From: Nitrospirota bacterium
Lineage (GTDB): Bacteria > Nitrospirota > Nitrospiria > 2-01-FULL-66-17
DNA length: 64,000 bases
Reading direction: 5' to 3'
NCBI GenBank assembly: GCA_049325335.1
Contig: JBMOMC010000007.1
Span: 96,001-160,000 of the forward strand
Under the pieces are notes generated by a model that had not been told where the DNA came from, did not search any database, and was given only the letters and a program-made list of their open reading frames with translations. Both the position numbers and the translations under genes were made by a program. Shown piece after piece: positions 19,099-27,167 of the stretch; positions within the stretch are counted from its first letter, which is position 1, and each line of letters starts with the position of its first letter.

Positions 19099-21597
19099 TC
19101 AGCTCCGGGCCGCGACCGGTTTGCCCACGCGCGCGCCCAGGATAAAGCTCGGCTGAAGCCCGGCGATCAGCAACGGCAGGATGATCAACGCGCCTAAGGC
19201 GCTGGTCGCCATGGCAATGGGCACCAGAATGCCTTCCATGTGCAGGTAATACCCGGAGAACGGCAGGGTGAGGTACCCCGCGGAGATCGCCACCGCCACG
19301 TAACAGATCGCCTTGCCCGAGGTCGTGATCGTCGCGCGCAACGCGGCGTCGAGCGCCAACGGAGACCGGCTGCTTCCCTCGATGATGTGATGGAACGTCG
19401 CCTGGCCCCCTGGTCGGCCTTGGTGCTCTTCGCGGAGCCGGAACAAAAAGTAAATGGCATAGTCCGCGCCCATGCCCACGGCCATGGCGGAAATGGCCGC
19501 GGTCCCGATTCCCAAGGTCACGCCCCCGAATCCCATGACCGCGAAGTTGACCACCACCGCCAAGCCCAATGGAATCAACACCAGGCACGCGCCCAGCAAC
19601 GAGCGCAGGACCACGGCCGACGCCACGAAAATGATCGCGCCGATCTGCACGATGTTTTCCAGCTTGCCGTCCACCATGGTCCGGTTGAGCGCCACCGTGA
19701 CCGGCGAGCTGCCGGCCACGCCCACCGTCACCCCCAGCCGCTCGAACGTCGCACGCTGCGCGTCCACCACGGCGATGAGTTGTTCGGCCAACGCGGTGGA
19801 GTCGGTTTTCAGAAAACTCCAGATCACGGCGCGGCGGTACCGATAGTCGATCAGCCGCGCGAAATCCGCGGGGTTCCCGGAGATCGAATACAGGAACAAA
19901 AAGTTAGACACCTCGCCGTCGTCAGCCGGAATGCGGTCGAATTCAGGCTGGTCCCCGTGAAACGTCCGATTCATTTTCCGGAGATAATCCACGAACGATT
20001 CGGTCTTGCCCACGCCGGGCACGGCCGCGATGCGCTGCTGCAGGTCCGCGACCGCCGCCACCACGTCGGCGCGTTTGAGCGCGTCTTGCTCCCGCCCTTC
20101 CACCATCACGTAAAACGTGGACGTGCCCCCGAAGTGCGTGTTGAGCGCGCGCTCGTCGATGCGCAAGCGGGTGGATTCGAAAAATTGGTTCTTCAGGCTG
20201 TTGTTGACCACCACCCGGGACGCGCCCACCGTGCTCACGGCCGCCACCACCGCCACGCCCAGCGCCACCCACGCGCGGCGGTTCCCGGTCACCACGTCCG
20301 CCAGCCGCGCCAACAGCCGGTCCAGCCCGTCGCGAACCGCGGCGGTGACGCTCGGCGGGCGCAACAACGACCGCAGCGCCGGAATGAACGTCAACTCCAA
20401 CACCAAGGCGCTCATGATCCCGAACGCGGTCAACAACCCGAACGCGCGAAAGGTCTTGAGGTGAAACGTGACCAGCGAGGCAAAACTGGCGGCCGCGACC
20501 AGGCCCGCGGTGATCATCACCGGCGCCATCTTGGCCGTGGCTTCGATCACGGCCTGCCGGTTGTCGCGGCCAGCCGCGAGTTCCTCGTAATACCGCTTGA
20601 GAATCTGGATGGCGTGGCCCGCGGCGATCGCCATGATCAAGATCGGGGTCATGGTGTTGAACGGGTCCATCGGAATCCGGAACGTGCCCATGAGCCCGAG
20701 CGCCCACACCACGGAAATGAGCGCCGTGGCCAAGGGCAGGGCCATGCCTTGCAGACTGCGGAAGGCCCAGTACAACACCCCCATCATGATCACCAGCGAA
20801 ATCGGGAACAGGTACACAATCCGCTTGGAATCGGCTTCCAAATACGAGAGCGCAATGGGCAACCCGCCAATGTGCACATCCACGTCGTTTCCGGCCGCGC
20901 GCGCAATCACGTCGTCCAACGCGCGCCGAATCTGCTCATCCCCCATCCGAAAGCCGAACGCGGTCTGGATCGCGCCGCGACTGCCGCCGAACCAGGATTC
21001 GCTGGCCCAATCATCCGAATTTTTGGGCCACTCCTGGGGCGTGCCGCTCGGTTGCGCCGGTTTGTCCTGCCAGGTGGGGACCCACTCGCGATAGTCGGTG
21101 ATGATCGCGGCGGCGCGTCCGTCTGCGGACACCAGGCCGTTCACGTACAGATCGTTCGACATCACGCGACGCCGGAACGCTTCCGCCTCCTCGGGCGTGG
21201 TCGGGACCTCGGGCATCAGGCGTTCGACCTTGATCGACTCGCCGTCCGCGGTCACGAACTTGACCTTACGATCCGTCAGGCTGACCACGTTTTCTTCTTT
21301 GATCCCGGGGATCTTTTTGACTTCGTCGGTGAGGGTTTTAAGCGTGGCCAAGTGTTGCGGCGTAAAGATGTCCCCGTGTTTGGGGACCACGCCCACAACC
21401 ACCACGCGACTGCCGCCGAAGACCTCTTCGATGACGTTATTGAGTTGGACGTACGGGTGTTGTTGGGGCAGGATGGTCTTGGGGTCGATGACCATCCGCA
21501 CCTTCGCCATTTGCACGGCAAACAGGACGGTCAACGCAGCCGTGGCGCACAACACCCACCACGGACGGCGGACGACGAATTCGATCGCTCGTCTCAT
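19099..21597 (-). CDS. MMPL/RND-family inner-membrane transporter
   Basis: 832 aa in two repeats, each with 1 TM, a large periplasmic domain and 5 TM. GMGADYAIY and TSGKAI motifs. Confidence 0.9.
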   Translation of the reverse strand: MRRAIEFVVRRPWWVLCATAALTVLFAVQMAKVRMVIDPKTILPQQHPYVQLNNVIEEVFGGSRVVVVGVVPKHGDIFTPQHLATLKTLTDEVKKIPGIKEENVVSLTDRKVKFVTADGESIKVERLMPEVPTTPEEAEAFRRRVMSNDLYVNGLVSADGRAAAIITDYREWVPTWQDKPAQPSGTPQEWPKNSDDWASESWFGGSRGAIQTAFGFRMGDEQIRRALDDVIARAAGNDVDVHIGGLPIALSYLEADSKRIVYLFPISLVIMMGVLYWAFRSLQGMALPLATALISVVWALGLMGTFRIPMDPFNTMTPILIMAIAAGHAIQILKRYYEELAAGRDNRQAVIEATAKMAPVMITAGLVAAASFASLVTFHLKTFRAFGLLTAFGIMSALVLELTFIPALRSLLRPPSVTAAVRDGLDRLLARLADVVTGNRRAWVALGVAVVAAVSTVGASRVVVNNSLKNQFFESTRLRIDERALNTHFGGTSTFYVMVEGREQDALKRADVVAAVADLQQRIAAVPGVGKTESFVDYLRKMNRTFHGDQPEFDRIPADDGEVSNFLFLYSISGNPADFARLIDYRYRRAVIWSFLKTDSTALAEQLIAVVDAQRATFERLGVTVGVAGSSPVTVALNRTMVDGKLENIVQIGAIIFVASAVVLRSLLGACLVLIPLGLAVVVNFAVMGFGGVTLGIGTAAISAMAVGMGADYAIYFLFRLREEHQGRPGGQATFHHIIEGSSRSPLALDAALRATITTSGKAICYVAVAISAGYLTLPFSGYYLHMEGILVPIAMATSALGALIILPLLIAGLQPSFILGARVGKPVAARS

Positions 21598-21691
21598 AGA
21601 TCCCTCCCACCAGACCGTGGAAGGTTCTCCAACATTCCCGGCAGGAGCCCGTTAGCCGTCACCACTCGGCTCCTGACCAGGGCATGAAACA

Positions 21692-21725
21692 GCCACCCCC
21701 GTCCCACGTGAGGGGCGGGGGTGGC
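21692..21725 (-). terminator. Intergenic GC-rich hairpin (weak terminator or mRNA-stabilising stem)
   Basis: GCCACCCCCGTCCC/GGGGCGGGGGTGGC 14-bp stem with one mismatch, followed by TGTTT on the minus strand. Confidence 0.5.
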
Positions 21726-21757
21726 GTTCGGCATGTGGCGCCGTGACGTGACCCAAT

Positions 21758-22564
21758 CTATCGTCGGGGGCCGCTCCGGACCGCGCGGTCGGTAAAATCG
21801 TCGTCGGTTAATCCCACGTTGTTCTTCAGGTCGCTGATCTCGAATAAGGTCTTGTGCTCGGTCTGCACGTTTTTGACCTCCGAGCGCTTCCAGGCCCACA
21901 CGTCGTTGGGACGCTGCCATTCGATCACCTGGGTCTTGAGCAGGTCTCCCTTGCGGTCATAGTAGTCGACCCGCACCGGGTTGAACGCCGTGGTCGGCAC
22001 CCAGGTGAGCTTCTTGCCGTACAGACTCTCCTTGTCCTTCGGCACGCTTTGCACCACGTAGCAATCACCCGGCGGCGCTCCGCACTGCTCCGCGCGCACC
22101 ACCGTGTGTTCATCCTCGGTAAGCTCCCGTTGTCCCAAATCCGCGAACGTGATGTCCGAGCCCATGAAGGCGTCATCCTGCTCGCGGGTGGTCATGCGGC
22201 GAATCTGTTTCAGGCTCGGCAGATACAACCGCAGATCATCGGGTTGTCCGGCTTTACTGTAGTCCCAGATCAAAAAGCCCACCCCGCGCTGATCCGGCGG
22301 AAACTCGGTGGCGAACAAGGTTTTGCTGTCGAACCCGTCTTTGCCCGCGTACGACTTCCAATACCGCTTGGTCACGATTTTCTGCTCGTCGCCCCGCTTG
22401 TCGATCTTGCGCAACGTGACCGTGGACACCTGATCGTTCGCCGTGTACAGCTCCCTGGTCTTTTTCATCACGTCGAACCCGGACAACTCGGCCGCCCCCG
22501 CGCCCGAAATCCCAGCGGCCGCGAGCATGCCGCCGACCGCCGCCCCGATCAAGAATCGCCGCAT
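21758..22564 (-). CDS. LolA-like outer-membrane lipoprotein-sorting protein (DUF1329/LolA_like type)
   Basis: ATG 22564 with GGGAGGAG RBS. Signal peptide. Motifs LYLPSLKQIRR, FMGSDITFADL and YYDRKGDLLK. Typical neighbour of MMPL and DUF1302 genes. Confidence 0.85.
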   Translation of the reverse strand: MRRFLIGAAVGGMLAAAGISGAGAAELSGFDVMKKTRELYTANDQVSTVTLRKIDKRGDEQKIVTKRYWKSYAGKDGFDSKTLFATEFPPDQRGVGFLIWDYSKAGQPDDLRLYLPSLKQIRRMTTREQDDAFMGSDITFADLGQRELTEDEHTVVRAEQCGAPPGDCYVVQSVPKDKESLYGKKLTWVPTTAFNPVRVDYYDRKGDLLKTQVIEWQRPNDVWAWKRSEVKNVQTEHKTLFEISDLKNNVGLTDDDFTDRAVRSGPRR

Positions 22565-22584
22565 CGCCGTTCTCCTCCCCACGC

Positions 22585-23652
22585 TCACAACGGTTTGAGC
22601 CCGGTGAGCACCGTAAAGGGACTCACGGCCGGCATCGGAACCCGCTTGATCTTGGTGAACCCGGACGCGGCCAGCCACTCCCCGACTTCCCGCGACGAGT
22701 GGGCCGCTCCGCCCGGCGTGTGGAGCAACTGATTGACCCCGATCATCGCGGAGAGCACAGGCCCGGATTTCTCGTCGTTGAGCATTTGATCCTGCACGAT
22801 CACAAGGCCTCCGGGCGTGAGCGCCTGATAGGCCTTACGGAAAATCTCTTGGATCACGGCGGGGGATTCCTGGTTGAGCATCGAGGAGAGCAGGGCCACG
22901 TCGTACCCCTGCCCGAAGGCGTCGCTCAAATAGTCCGCGGGTTTGGTTTCGACCCGGCCAGTCATCTGGTAACTCGCGACAATTTCGCGCGTGACGGCCA
23001 AGGTCTGCGGGCGATCGAGCACGGTCGCCGACAAGCCCTTATTGGCCTTGCAAAACATGATGGGAAACGTCCCGGGTCCGCCCGCGATGTCCACCAGGTG
23101 CGACCGGCCTTTGAGGGAGATCTTCTTCGCCAGCAGTTGCGCCTGCGCCACGCCGCGGTAGTGCATCCCATAAATGTAGGTGCGGGTCGCCTCCTCCCCT
23201 TGATCGTGCGGCTTCTGCACCGGCGGTTTCCCGGTCATCACCGCGTCGATCAACTTGCCCCACGTGGGGTACCAGTCCTCGAACATCGAGACGATTCCGC
23301 CCTGATACCGCGGGCTGGTCTTGACCAAGAAGGTATTGGCCAGCGGACTATTGCGGTACCGGTCGTGGGCGCGCTCCAATAATCCGAGCGACGTGGCGGC
23401 GATCAGCACGATCTCCAGGCCGCGCGGGTCCGCGCCGATCTCGCGCGCGAGTTCCTCGGCGGACATACTCTTGCCGGCCAGACGATTGAACACATCCAGC
23501 CGATTCGCGACGTGCAGCACTTTGGAGTGCCAGTACGCGGAACTGATCCGCGCAACCGTCATGGGGTCAAGCGTTTTCGCGGTGGGACGCTTGCGCGCCG
23601 CGCGCCGCCCTGCCGATTTACCGTGTGTCGCTTTCGCCGTCACTTTCGCCAT
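22585..23652 (-). CDS. SAM-dependent methyltransferase (Methyltransf_2 + dimerisation domain; BchU/CrtF/ASMT-like)
   Basis: N-terminal winged-helix dimerisation region, LVDIAGGPG SAM motif, LTPGGLVIV. Confidence 0.85.
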   Translation of the reverse strand: MAKVTAKATHGKSAGRRAARKRPTAKTLDPMTVARISSAYWHSKVLHVANRLDVFNRLAGKSMSAEELAREIGADPRGLEIVLIAATSLGLLERAHDRYRNSPLANTFLVKTSPRYQGGIVSMFEDWYPTWGKLIDAVMTGKPPVQKPHDQGEEATRTYIYGMHYRGVAQAQLLAKKISLKGRSHLVDIAGGPGTFPIMFCKANKGLSATVLDRPQTLAVTREIVASYQMTGRVETKPADYLSDAFGQGYDVALLSSMLNQESPAVIQEIFRKAYQALTPGGLVIVQDQMLNDEKSGPVLSAMIGVNQLLHTPGGAAHSSREVGEWLAASGFTKIKRVPMPAVSPFTVLTGLKPL

Positions 23653-23784
23653 CGTGCCTCCTCAACAGCGGGTCATGTGTACGCCGTTACTTCCCGTGAA
23701 CGCCTCATCGCGCGCGGACCATCGCGATACCGGCGCACAGTATACTCGAAATCAACGACTTCCTCACCAGCGGCGTTCCGATCG

Positions 23785-25170
23785 TTAGAACATCAGATCA
23801 AGCGCCGCGGTAAACCGGTTGTCGATCTGGTCGTTGCCGTCAAAACTGGTGGCCTCCGTCTTGGAATGACTGTACTCGCCGTGCAGGATCAGCGCGACAC
23901 GGTTTGTCTCCATCCAGTCATAACGCACCGCCCAGGTGACGCCATCGAGGTCGCCCGTGTGCGAGTCGGTGGTTGCGTCGCCCTGGTCTAAGTTCCGGAT
24001 GATATCGTAGCGGAGGGCCCACAGCAGCGACCAGTCGGCCAAGAGGTCGTATTGGAGTTCGAGAAATCCGCCCCAAAACGACGCGTCCTGAGGATCGCTG
24101 CCCCCGAATAATCCGGCGCTGTCTCTGCCGTACGCCACGAGCGTGAACAGGCGAAGCGGCGCGGACCGAATGTCGCCGTCAACCCCGATCCGATAGAATG
24201 GATGATTGGATTGCCCGGTCCCGGGAATGGGCTCAGCGGTCGGCGTAAACTGCGCATTCGCGGAAGCCGTCCCCCAGTACAGAAACCCGCCGGCATGACT
24301 CCGCTCAACCGGTTGGTACACTCGCAGGTAATAATCGAGCGCCTTGTTGCTGTCGGCGCGGCCGTTCGTCCCGTTGATCAGCGCCAACGAATAGGCGAGG
24401 CCCCCCGGCGCCCGGCCCGAGACTTCCGCCCCACGCTGCGCGCGGCTCCAATCCAACGTGGTCTCGGGATCGTCGGCCGCCGCGCTGCCGGTCGGGAAAT
24501 AACCATAGATGGGAATGGCGACCTGCCGCCCGGAGACCGACGCGGTGGAGAGCGAATGCCGTCGATACTGCGACATGGGCACATCGAGTTCAAACGCCCC
24601 GAACTTCATGTTGATCTTTAACGATGAGCCGATCGCGATGTCGTTCACCCTGACCCATGCGGAGTCCAATTCACCGGCCTGTCCCTCAGCCGTCCACAGA
24701 TCCGCGTTCGACACCTCCGGCCGATACCTGACAAAAAAGTTCGTGTTCCGAGCCAACGGACCTCCCAACAACACCTCCAGGCGCTCGGTTCCAAAGGTTC
24801 TGGTTTGAACCTTGGCGTCACCAAGATCCGTATCCTGGTTGTCGCGGGAGCGGTAGCTGTACCCGAAAATCGTCCGAGCGCTGAGCGGCCAATCGGCGCG
24901 GTCAACGCCCGCCGGCGGATCCGTCGCACCCGGTTCCGGCGTCGGCTCCGTCCCGGGTTGCGTAGGCCCGACCAGGCGATGGCCGTTGACCCGGAATGCT
25001 TCGCCCGCGTCATTGAGCGCCGGAGGAATCGTGTGGCAGTGCCGACAGGGTACGTTAAGTGTTCTCGTGAAGGCGGGAATCGCTCCGGCTTCGGACCGCC
25101 ACCCGTCGGCCAACACGCCCACGATCACCACGCCTAGGAACCACGTCCACCCGCTGCGTCGCACCGCCAT
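23785..25170 (-). CDS. Cyc2-like monoheme cytochrome c-porin fusion
   Basis: Signal peptide, then IPAFTR..VPCRHCHTIPPALNDAGEAFRVNG (Cyc2-type N-terminal signature). The remainder is a beta-barrel ending ALDLMF. GGGAGG RBS before ATG 25170. Confidence 0.75.
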   Translation of the reverse strand: MAVRRSGWTWFLGVVIVGVLADGWRSEAGAIPAFTRTLNVPCRHCHTIPPALNDAGEAFRVNGHRLVGPTQPGTEPTPEPGATDPPAGVDRADWPLSARTIFGYSYRSRDNQDTDLGDAKVQTRTFGTERLEVLLGGPLARNTNFFVRYRPEVSNADLWTAEGQAGELDSAWVRVNDIAIGSSLKINMKFGAFELDVPMSQYRRHSLSTASVSGRQVAIPIYGYFPTGSAAADDPETTLDWSRAQRGAEVSGRAPGGLAYSLALINGTNGRADSNKALDYYLRVYQPVERSHAGGFLYWGTASANAQFTPTAEPIPGTGQSNHPFYRIGVDGDIRSAPLRLFTLVAYGRDSAGLFGGSDPQDASFWGGFLELQYDLLADWSLLWALRYDIIRNLDQGDATTDSHTGDLDGVTWAVRYDWMETNRVALILHGEYSHSKTEATSFDGNDQIDNRFTAALDLMF

Positions 25171-25225
25171 ACCGATTCTGCCTCCCTGCCCCGTCACCGA
25201 ACGAATCCGTGCCCTGTTGGTCGCG

Positions 25226-25256
25226 CGGAGGGGCGTTCACGGTGAACGCCCCTCCG
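25226..25256. repeat. Perfect 15-bp inverted repeat, REP-like
   Basis: CGGAGGGGCGTTCAC-G-GTGAACGCCCCTCCG between the ferritin-like and cyc2-like genes. Confidence 0.75.
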
Positions 25257-25295
25257 AACATTCCGACGACCGCGCGTCAAGCCGCGACGCATCAG

Positions 25296-25637
25296 TCAGT
25301 GATGGTGCGCGTGATCCGAGTCGTGCGCGTGGTCCCCTTCGTGGCCATGATCCTCGTCGTGCCCGTGTCCGGCCGCAGCCTTCTGCCCGGCGTCCAGCTT
25401 GCCGATAAACTCCATCAGCGTGGCGACCGCGTGTTTGTGTTCGTCGCGGATGTGGCCCAATACGTGGACCACGTCATCGACACCAGGAAAGTCCTCACTC
25501 GCGATGACAGGGATTTGCCCGTCATACTTATTGATCATCTTTAACTCTTCGATGAGGTCGTCCCGCAGGTCGGCGACCGCTTTGTCCACGTCGCTGCGAA
25601 CGCCGTGGGCGTGACCATTACTGTGTGTGTTGCACAT
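25296..25637 (-). CDS. Short ferritin-like (EncFtn-type half-ferritin) protein with His-rich termini
   Basis: LIEELKMINKY and HIRDEHKH align with EncFtn EELEAVDWY and HNRDEEKEH. C-terminal tail GHGHDEDHGHEGDHAHDSDHAHHH. GAGGAGG RBS. Confidence 0.7.
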   Translation of the reverse strand: MCNTHSNGHAHGVRSDVDKAVADLRDDLIEELKMINKYDGQIPVIASEDFPGVDDVVHVLGHIRDEHKHAVATLMEFIGKLDAGQKAAAGHGHDEDHGHEGDHAHDSDHAHHH

Positions 25638-25679
25638 CCGACACCTCCTCGTGAGAAGAAATCCGCGGGTACGCCCGCG

Positions 25680-26390
25680 CTACGTGGGTTGAACGCCCAT
25701 CCAGACCACATTCGGCCAGCCAGTGGTGTAATCCACCCGGGTCATACTCCCGGGCTCGATCACCATGCGCTTCCCGTGTTCCAACGCACAGCCCAAGGCC
25801 GCGCACAACGCGGCGCGAATCGTGCCGACATGGGTCACGGCCACGACAATCCCGCCGGGATGCCGGGCGATGAGGTCCGCCACCGCGGCCTCGACTTTCT
25901 GACCGAATTCCTCCAACGACTCGCCGCCCTTGGGCGTAAACCCCAACGGGTCGGCTTTCCACGCCATCCAGCCGTCGGGGTCCTCGCGCCTGACCTCGTC
26001 AACCAATCGCCCGTTCCACCGGCCCATGCTGCGTTCCAGCAACTCGGGCCATGCCGTCCCCTGAAGCCCCAACACGCACTCGATCGATGCCGCGGTCTGA
26101 CGCGTGCGCAACGTTGGGCTGACATACAGCCCCGCGACCGGCAGCCCTTGTCGCTCGAACCAGCGCCCCAGGGCTTGCGCGTGACCCGCCCCCTGCGTGT
26201 TGAGCGTGGGGCCTTCGCCGTCTTCATAAAACCGATCCGGATGATAATCCGTGGCACCGTGCCGACACAAGATCAGCGTGCCGAGGAGCGATTTACGGCC
26301 CCGCATCGTGGCCTGTTCGTGATCCGCCTTGTCCAACGGTTGACCGATCATGGAATCCGGACGCAGGGTGGTTGACCAGACCGGCGCCAT
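25680..26390 (-). CDS. Histidine phosphatase family protein (phosphoglycerate mutase/CobC-like)
   Basis: LCRHGAT, VSPTLRTRQTA, GGESL and VTHVGTI motifs. The start could be later. Confidence 0.85.
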   Translation of the reverse strand: MAPVWSTTLRPDSMIGQPLDKADHEQATMRGRKSLLGTLILCRHGATDYHPDRFYEDGEGPTLNTQGAGHAQALGRWFERQGLPVAGLYVSPTLRTRQTAASIECVLGLQGTAWPELLERSMGRWNGRLVDEVRREDPDGWMAWKADPLGFTPKGGESLEEFGQKVEAAVADLIARHPGGIVVAVTHVGTIRAALCAALGCALEHGKRMVIEPGSMTRVDYTTGWPNVVWMGVQPT

Positions 26391-26391
26391 C

Positions 26392-27162
26392 TCAGGCCCG
26401 TTCCCGCATGAACATCCACATGGACCAGGCCACGGACAGCGCGCAGAACACGGTCACCACGCCCACCGCCAACCCGAAATCCGCGTCCCACCGTTGCCCG
26501 GCCAACAACGTCCGCGTGGCCTCAACGCTGTAGTGTACCGGGTTGACCGACGCAATCGCGGCGATCCAGCCCGGCATGAACACTTTGGGGATAAACGCCG
26601 ACGTAAAGAACATCAAGGGCAACGTCATCATATTCCCCGCCACCACCAAGGGTTCCTCGCGGCGAAGTTTCAGCGCGATGCCGTTGGACAGGCTGGAAAA
26701 CCCGATGCCCATGCCGAACACCGTGACGAACAACAATACCAATCCGGACGCGCCGACGTGAATCTTCGCGCCAAGCAGCGCGGCCACCGCCAGCACGATG
26801 GTGACCTGCAACACCACCAACACCCCGTTGTGCAGCACGCGGCTCAACACGATCGCGGGCCGGTTGACCGCGGTGACCATCATCTTCTCGATCGTGCCGT
26901 ACGTGATCTCCCGCAACAGGTTGACGCCAGCCCACGAGGAGCCGAACAGCACGGTCATCACCACGATGCCGGGAGCCAAAAAATCCAAGTAACTGTCCGA
27001 GGGGAACCCAGCCATCCGCGCAAAGTGCGCGAACAACTGACCGAAGATCACCAGCCAGATCAGCGGCTGGACCAAGCCGAACACGGTCCACATCGGCATA
27101 CGGAACGTGATGCGGGAGTATTTCACGAACAGATGCCAGGTATCAGCGAGGGCCGCGCTCAT
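26392..27162 (-). CDS. ABC-2 type exporter permease
   Basis: About 6 TM, YLDFLAPGI and NPVHY motifs. Start reassigned to ATG 27162, just after the ATPase stop. Confidence 0.9.
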   Translation of the reverse strand: MSAALADTWHLFVKYSRITFRMPMWTVFGLVQPLIWLVIFGQLFAHFARMAGFPSDSYLDFLAPGIVVMTVLFGSSWAGVNLLREITYGTIEKMMVTAVNRPAIVLSRVLHNGVLVVLQVTIVLAVAALLGAKIHVGASGLVLLFVTVFGMGIGFSSLSNGIALKLRREEPLVVAGNMMTLPLMFFTSAFIPKVFMPGWIAAIASVNPVHYSVEATRTLLAGQRWDADFGLAVGVVTVFCALSVAWSMWMFMRERA

Positions 27163-27167
27163 CGCAC

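Noticed and set aside
19240..21687. 815-aa plus-strand ORF, and similar long antisense ORFs (5741..7513, 9773..11359, 26350..27837, 40144..42063, 59275..60462)
   Set aside because: These are shadows of well-supported minus-strand genes in high-GC DNA, with biased composition and no motifs.
25680..26390. Calling the phosphatase cobC and the methyltransferase (22585-23652) bchU/crtF
   Set aside because: Only family-level motifs are present, and there are no cobalamin, bacteriochlorophyll or carotenoid genes in the window.
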